Assembly: GCA_001662655.1 (NCBI GenBank)
Contig: KV460235.1
DNA: 64,000 nt
Source: Pseudogymnoascus verrucosus
Taxonomy: Eukaryota
Direction: 5' to 3' (one strand)
Position numbers and translations under genes: made by a program. The notes under the pieces are model-generated. The model was given only the letters and a program-made list of their open reading frames with translations. It was not told where the DNA came from and did no database searches. Positions 59,951 through 64,000 of the stretch are shown one piece after another; positions within the stretch are counted from its first letter, which is position 1, and each line of letters starts with the position of its first letter.

Positions 59951-60995
59951 CTATTTAAACTCCACGCCATTCCTTAAAGTTCCAACCCTCGTGATATGCA
60001 CTTCCATAATAGTTCCTGGAATCAAATACTTGGGGGGTTCATCCCAGCGCCAACACCTTCGAAGGTCAGCATTATTCAAAATTAGATGTTTTGGTAGCGG
60101 CTTGCCTCCTGGGGTTCCAGTCATGATGATACTTCCTTTCTGTAGCGTTGTACCGCTACTTAAGTAGCTTATCAAATACGCACAGTTGAACAAAGATCTG
60201 AAACTCCTTCATCTTGCCTCACCTCACCGTCGACAGTCGTCTTCAGGTGCAGTTTTGCTGGGTCATCAATCAGCTTTGAACTCACCAAGCAAGGGCCTAG
60301 CGGCGCAAAAGTATCAAATCCCTTGCTAAACCCCCATTGTGGAATGCGTCCTGCATATGCAGCGTCTCTCTGTAGCTTTCTCGAGGAGATGCCGTTTCCG
60401 CATGTGTAGGCTGCAACATAGTCCAGTGCATCCGCTTCAGAAACGTCTTTGGCATCACGACCTATCACGATACACTATTTGTTCAATCGCCATCTTTCTG
60501 AAAAGCAATATTATCACGTACCAATTCGCCTTCATAGTCTGCTTGATCGTCTTGACAGATCTTAGGGATAACAACATTTACGTTATGATCGGTGACGGTG
60601 GTGATTGGCTTAAAGAATATGAACGGAAATGGCGGAGCGGATCGATTGGCTTCCTTGACTGTTTTGAATATTGAGTCAGCTCGCTGGAAGAACAGTGCTA
60701 CGAGTTTTAATTACATACTATGTTTCGCATAGTTTAATCCTACGCATCTCAAAATTGGCACATCAGTTTGAGCTAACGGTCCCAGAAGCTCTTTTACGAT
60801 GGCGACCTCATTTGTTACTTCTGTCGCCCCAGTAGTATCATATAAATCATGGCCTGAGATAATTAAGGCTTTTAATTGCGTTTCAGCTGTCGTGTTGCCG
60901 AGATCGAAGTCAGGAGAAGGTAGGATAGGCTCTCCGCGCAATATGCGCCCGTCAGTTGCAACAAAACGAATTAATCGATTCCAAGCTACCGCCAT
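59951..60995 (-). pseudogene. Fumarylacetoacetate hydrolase (FAH) family gene, probably a pseudogene
   Basis: CVGLNYAKH, IFFKP, DYEGEL, WGFSKGFDTFAPLGP and IMTGTP motifs; apparent single-base losses near 60192 and in the G6 run 60032-60037; the GND motif reads GNG. Confidence 0.75.
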
Positions 60996-61921
60996 CTTAC
61001 TTAGTGAATGCTGAATTAATCGAGTTGAATTGCCAAGCGGACCGCTACTTATTCTATTGTTATTTCCGACAACCTAAGGCCCCGCCACTACACTAAATAC
61101 TGACGGTGTTTGGATCCGGGGGTATATCGGCAAGTGGGTTTGAGTAAGTTAACTCTACGATAGGGATATAACTCTGGGGCGTAACTTCCGACCTTCGCCT
61201 GTGGTATGCAGCGGATATGACGTTTATTACATCTTCCCTGCGTATTTCATGGCTTAGGGTATCAAAGACTCTAAGTTATCTTGCAGAGTGTGCGAGTACC
61301 GGCGTTAGACTGGCACAGCAGAGGCTGTTTACTTGTATCAGTTTGATGACAAGCCGATGCTGAAGGCATTAGGTTTCTACCGAACCAGCGGCGATGATAT
61401 TGAGGGATTGACGACCACCCATTAAATAAGAATTGGCTAGGATATCAAGCAACTCTGTCTCTAGTTAGTATAAGCGTGCATATTTTACTTTATGTTGAAA
61501 GTGTTCATAAAGTAAATTTGAAAAATGCTCAAGAAATTTCAATTGATGGCTGTTATCTTTAGAATTGATTCAGTTATTGTTTAGTTTTCCGCGTTTTCCG
61601 GTCGGAAACCGCGTGGCCTACACTCTCTCAGCTTAGTCTTGCGCCTCAAACGTACTCACGCTTAAAGCAATATTGTATCCTGCCGGATAGTCCTTTTCGC
61701 TGTTCTAAGCCACGAAAGCTTGGGAATGATCGGATGGGTTACGAGTCAATGCGGGGTATAATTTCCTAACCTAGCTTGTGGATCTGCGGAGCCCCGGGTT
61801 TCGAACCTACCCCAGAGCATTGAGCGCCCCTATTTAGTTTATTAAAGGCTCCATGCTGCTGCACATGTCGTCCGTCGACCTCATACCAAAATTACTCTAC
61901 CATTAATTTTCTATTCGCGAC

Positions 61922-63822
61922 ATGGCTCACCTACGACAGGGCAACATTGATGACAGTGCTTTGACTGGCGTTGTTCTACATGCATCTGCTAAGCATCATG
62001 GCATATCTCTCTGGCCTCCACCATCAAATGATCCCCATGATCCTCTTCGCTGGCCACGATGGCTCAAGGTCTTGGCGCTGTGCACGACTGCATTCTTCAA
62101 CTTTACTTCCAACTTCGCCGCAGCAGGTCCCTCGGTGGCCACGACATTGATTCAAGCGCAGTTCATGAAGTCTGCTTCGGAAGTCAACGGACTCTTGACA
62201 GTGAGTAGCTCTGCTACTAAAATACACATCTTTATCTAGGATGCTGACGCGACTCGCAGTTTAACTTTCTCCTTCTTGGACTTGGTAACATGATATGGGT
62301 TCCCATGTCTGTAAAATTTGGCAAGCGTGCAGTTCTCATAACATCCATGGTCATGTTGTTTGCAGCACTATGTTGGGGTGCGTCAGCGACCACTTTCAAC
62401 AGTCTGCTTGCAGCCCGTTGTGTCTCTGGATTTGCTTCCGCAGCTGGCGAGGTATGTTTACAAACACTTGTGTTTCTAAATGTTTTGGCCTCCGTCTGAC
62501 TTGACAGAGTATCGTACCTGGAATCGTATCTGACTTGTTTTTTATTCACGAACACGGCGCTATGATGTCCATGTAAGTTTGAATCAATAACTACGCTACA
62601 CTAAAAATATTAACGAGGATTATCGCAACAGATACACCATACTTATATCCTGTTCATCAGCCATGGGGCCATTGATCGCCAGCTACATGGTACAGTATTC
62701 TGTAGGCACCTGGAGAGACTTCATGTGGCTGAGTGCCGCTCTCGCCGGTTTCAACCTGATTCTTTTGATTCTTTTCTACCCCGAGTCAAACTTTCGCCGC
62801 CCACAATTGCCAACAGAGTGCGAACCCCAGCCAGATGAGCCTCGAAGAGCAGCTAATGCTCATGGCAACGAGAATGATAAAGGCACGCCATCTGAATACG
62901 GAATCGAACACTTAAGCGTCGGCGAGCCGAACGATATCCAGCACGTTAATCACATCAAAGTTCCATGGCATAGCATTTGGTTTTCTTTTGTCAAGGTTGA
63001 TGATTCCGTCAACATCTTCAAGGCTTTTCTCCGTCCATTTATTTTCCTAGCCTACCCTCCAGTCGTGTGGGCAATCTTTGTTTATGGCATTTCACTGGGC
63101 AGCCAAGTGATTCTGATGTAGGAACTTCTAACCCCATCTCGTTCAAGCTTCTGACAACTTAACTACAGTTTCGCATTTCCCTCGCTACTACTTGCACCGC
63201 CGTACCTCTTCTCTCCTAGTGGCGTTGGTCTCATGCAGATCGCTGCGCTCATCGGTTTCACCATTGCCTGCTACGTCGGCGGTTATGTTTCCGATGTGAT
63301 CACTACGAAGCTCATTCGCCGTGAGGGCGGTGTCATTTATCCTGAGCAGCGACTGCTATCGATTATCCCTGGGGCTTTAATCGCACCCATCGGCTGTATC
63401 ATCGTTGCCTGCGCCTGCTCGCAACAGATGCATTGGGCTGTAATCGCGGTAGGGTTTGGCATGGGTAGGTCTTCTCCAAGCATTATTGAAATCGATCGCT
63501 TGTCAAGTCACATTGATAACTTATTCTTTTAGTCTCATTCGGAACCGTATATGCGCCCAACATTGCCCTTACATACGTTATTGATTGCTATCCGGAACAT
63601 GCATCGCAGTGTCTGGTCTTGATCAACGTTTTTAAGAATCTTGTTGCATTCACATTCCTCTATGTTGCGGTTAATTGGATTGCGGCGTCCGGATGGATGC
63701 AGGTGTACATGATTATGTTCATGTTATCTATATTGACTTTGGCTGCTGCGATCCCGCTGTGGTTCTATGGAGCTAGGTGCCGGCGGTTCACTTCAGGCTT
63801 ACAGGTTCATAAATGGCTCTGA
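61922..63822 (+). CDS. MFS transporter (DHA1/HOL1-like)
   Basis: PPPSNDPHDPLRWP, WVPMSVKFGKR, LLAARCVSG, SDLFFIHE, PESNF and PEQRL motifs; five GT-AG introns; appears intact. Confidence 0.88.
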
Positions 63823-64000
63823 TTCGATAAATTTATTAGAGTTAGTTACCATAAATTTACTGTTGTTTCGTACGGTACGGCTGAACTTCTGGGCAAAAGT
63901 GACTAGGGTGAAATAAACACTGGTGGGTACAGCATAATTTCGCCAAATCGAAGAAGCATTGCAGTTGTTTTATTTTCCTGTAGTAGTAGGAGAGGTGCCT

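Overview
Eukaryotic DNA from a filamentous ascomycete (short GT-AG introns with CTRAY branch sites, a dispersed 5S rRNA gene, RIP-like mutation). Positions 1 to about 52.6 kb are mostly GC-rich core genome: an SGNH esterase-CBM1 3' end, an F-box-like gene, importin NMD5/SXM1-like, a SWIRM protein, CSM3, NDUFA8, SKI2, a divergent DID2-like gene, hacA/HAC1 with its 20-nt Ire1 intron, two hypothetical genes, an atypical Zn-cluster-like gene, a 5'-nucleotidase, GatA, ZUO1, MZM1, SLT11, ERG6, PDB1 and an intact 5S rRNA gene. From about 53.2 kb the sequence becomes an AT-richer accessory block holding a partly decayed aromatic-catabolism cluster: a VAO-type flavoprotein pseudogene, an aromatic aldehyde dehydrogenase, a FAH-family pseudogene and an MFS transporter. 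Inside this block is a 2.28-kb DNA transposon with perfect 57-bp TGT...ACA inverted repeats, a 4-bp TATG target duplication and a RIP-destroyed retroviral-type integrase (Ginger2/TDD-like). It is itself interrupted by a 222-bp solo LTR. All calls come from manual reading, and no database search was run.
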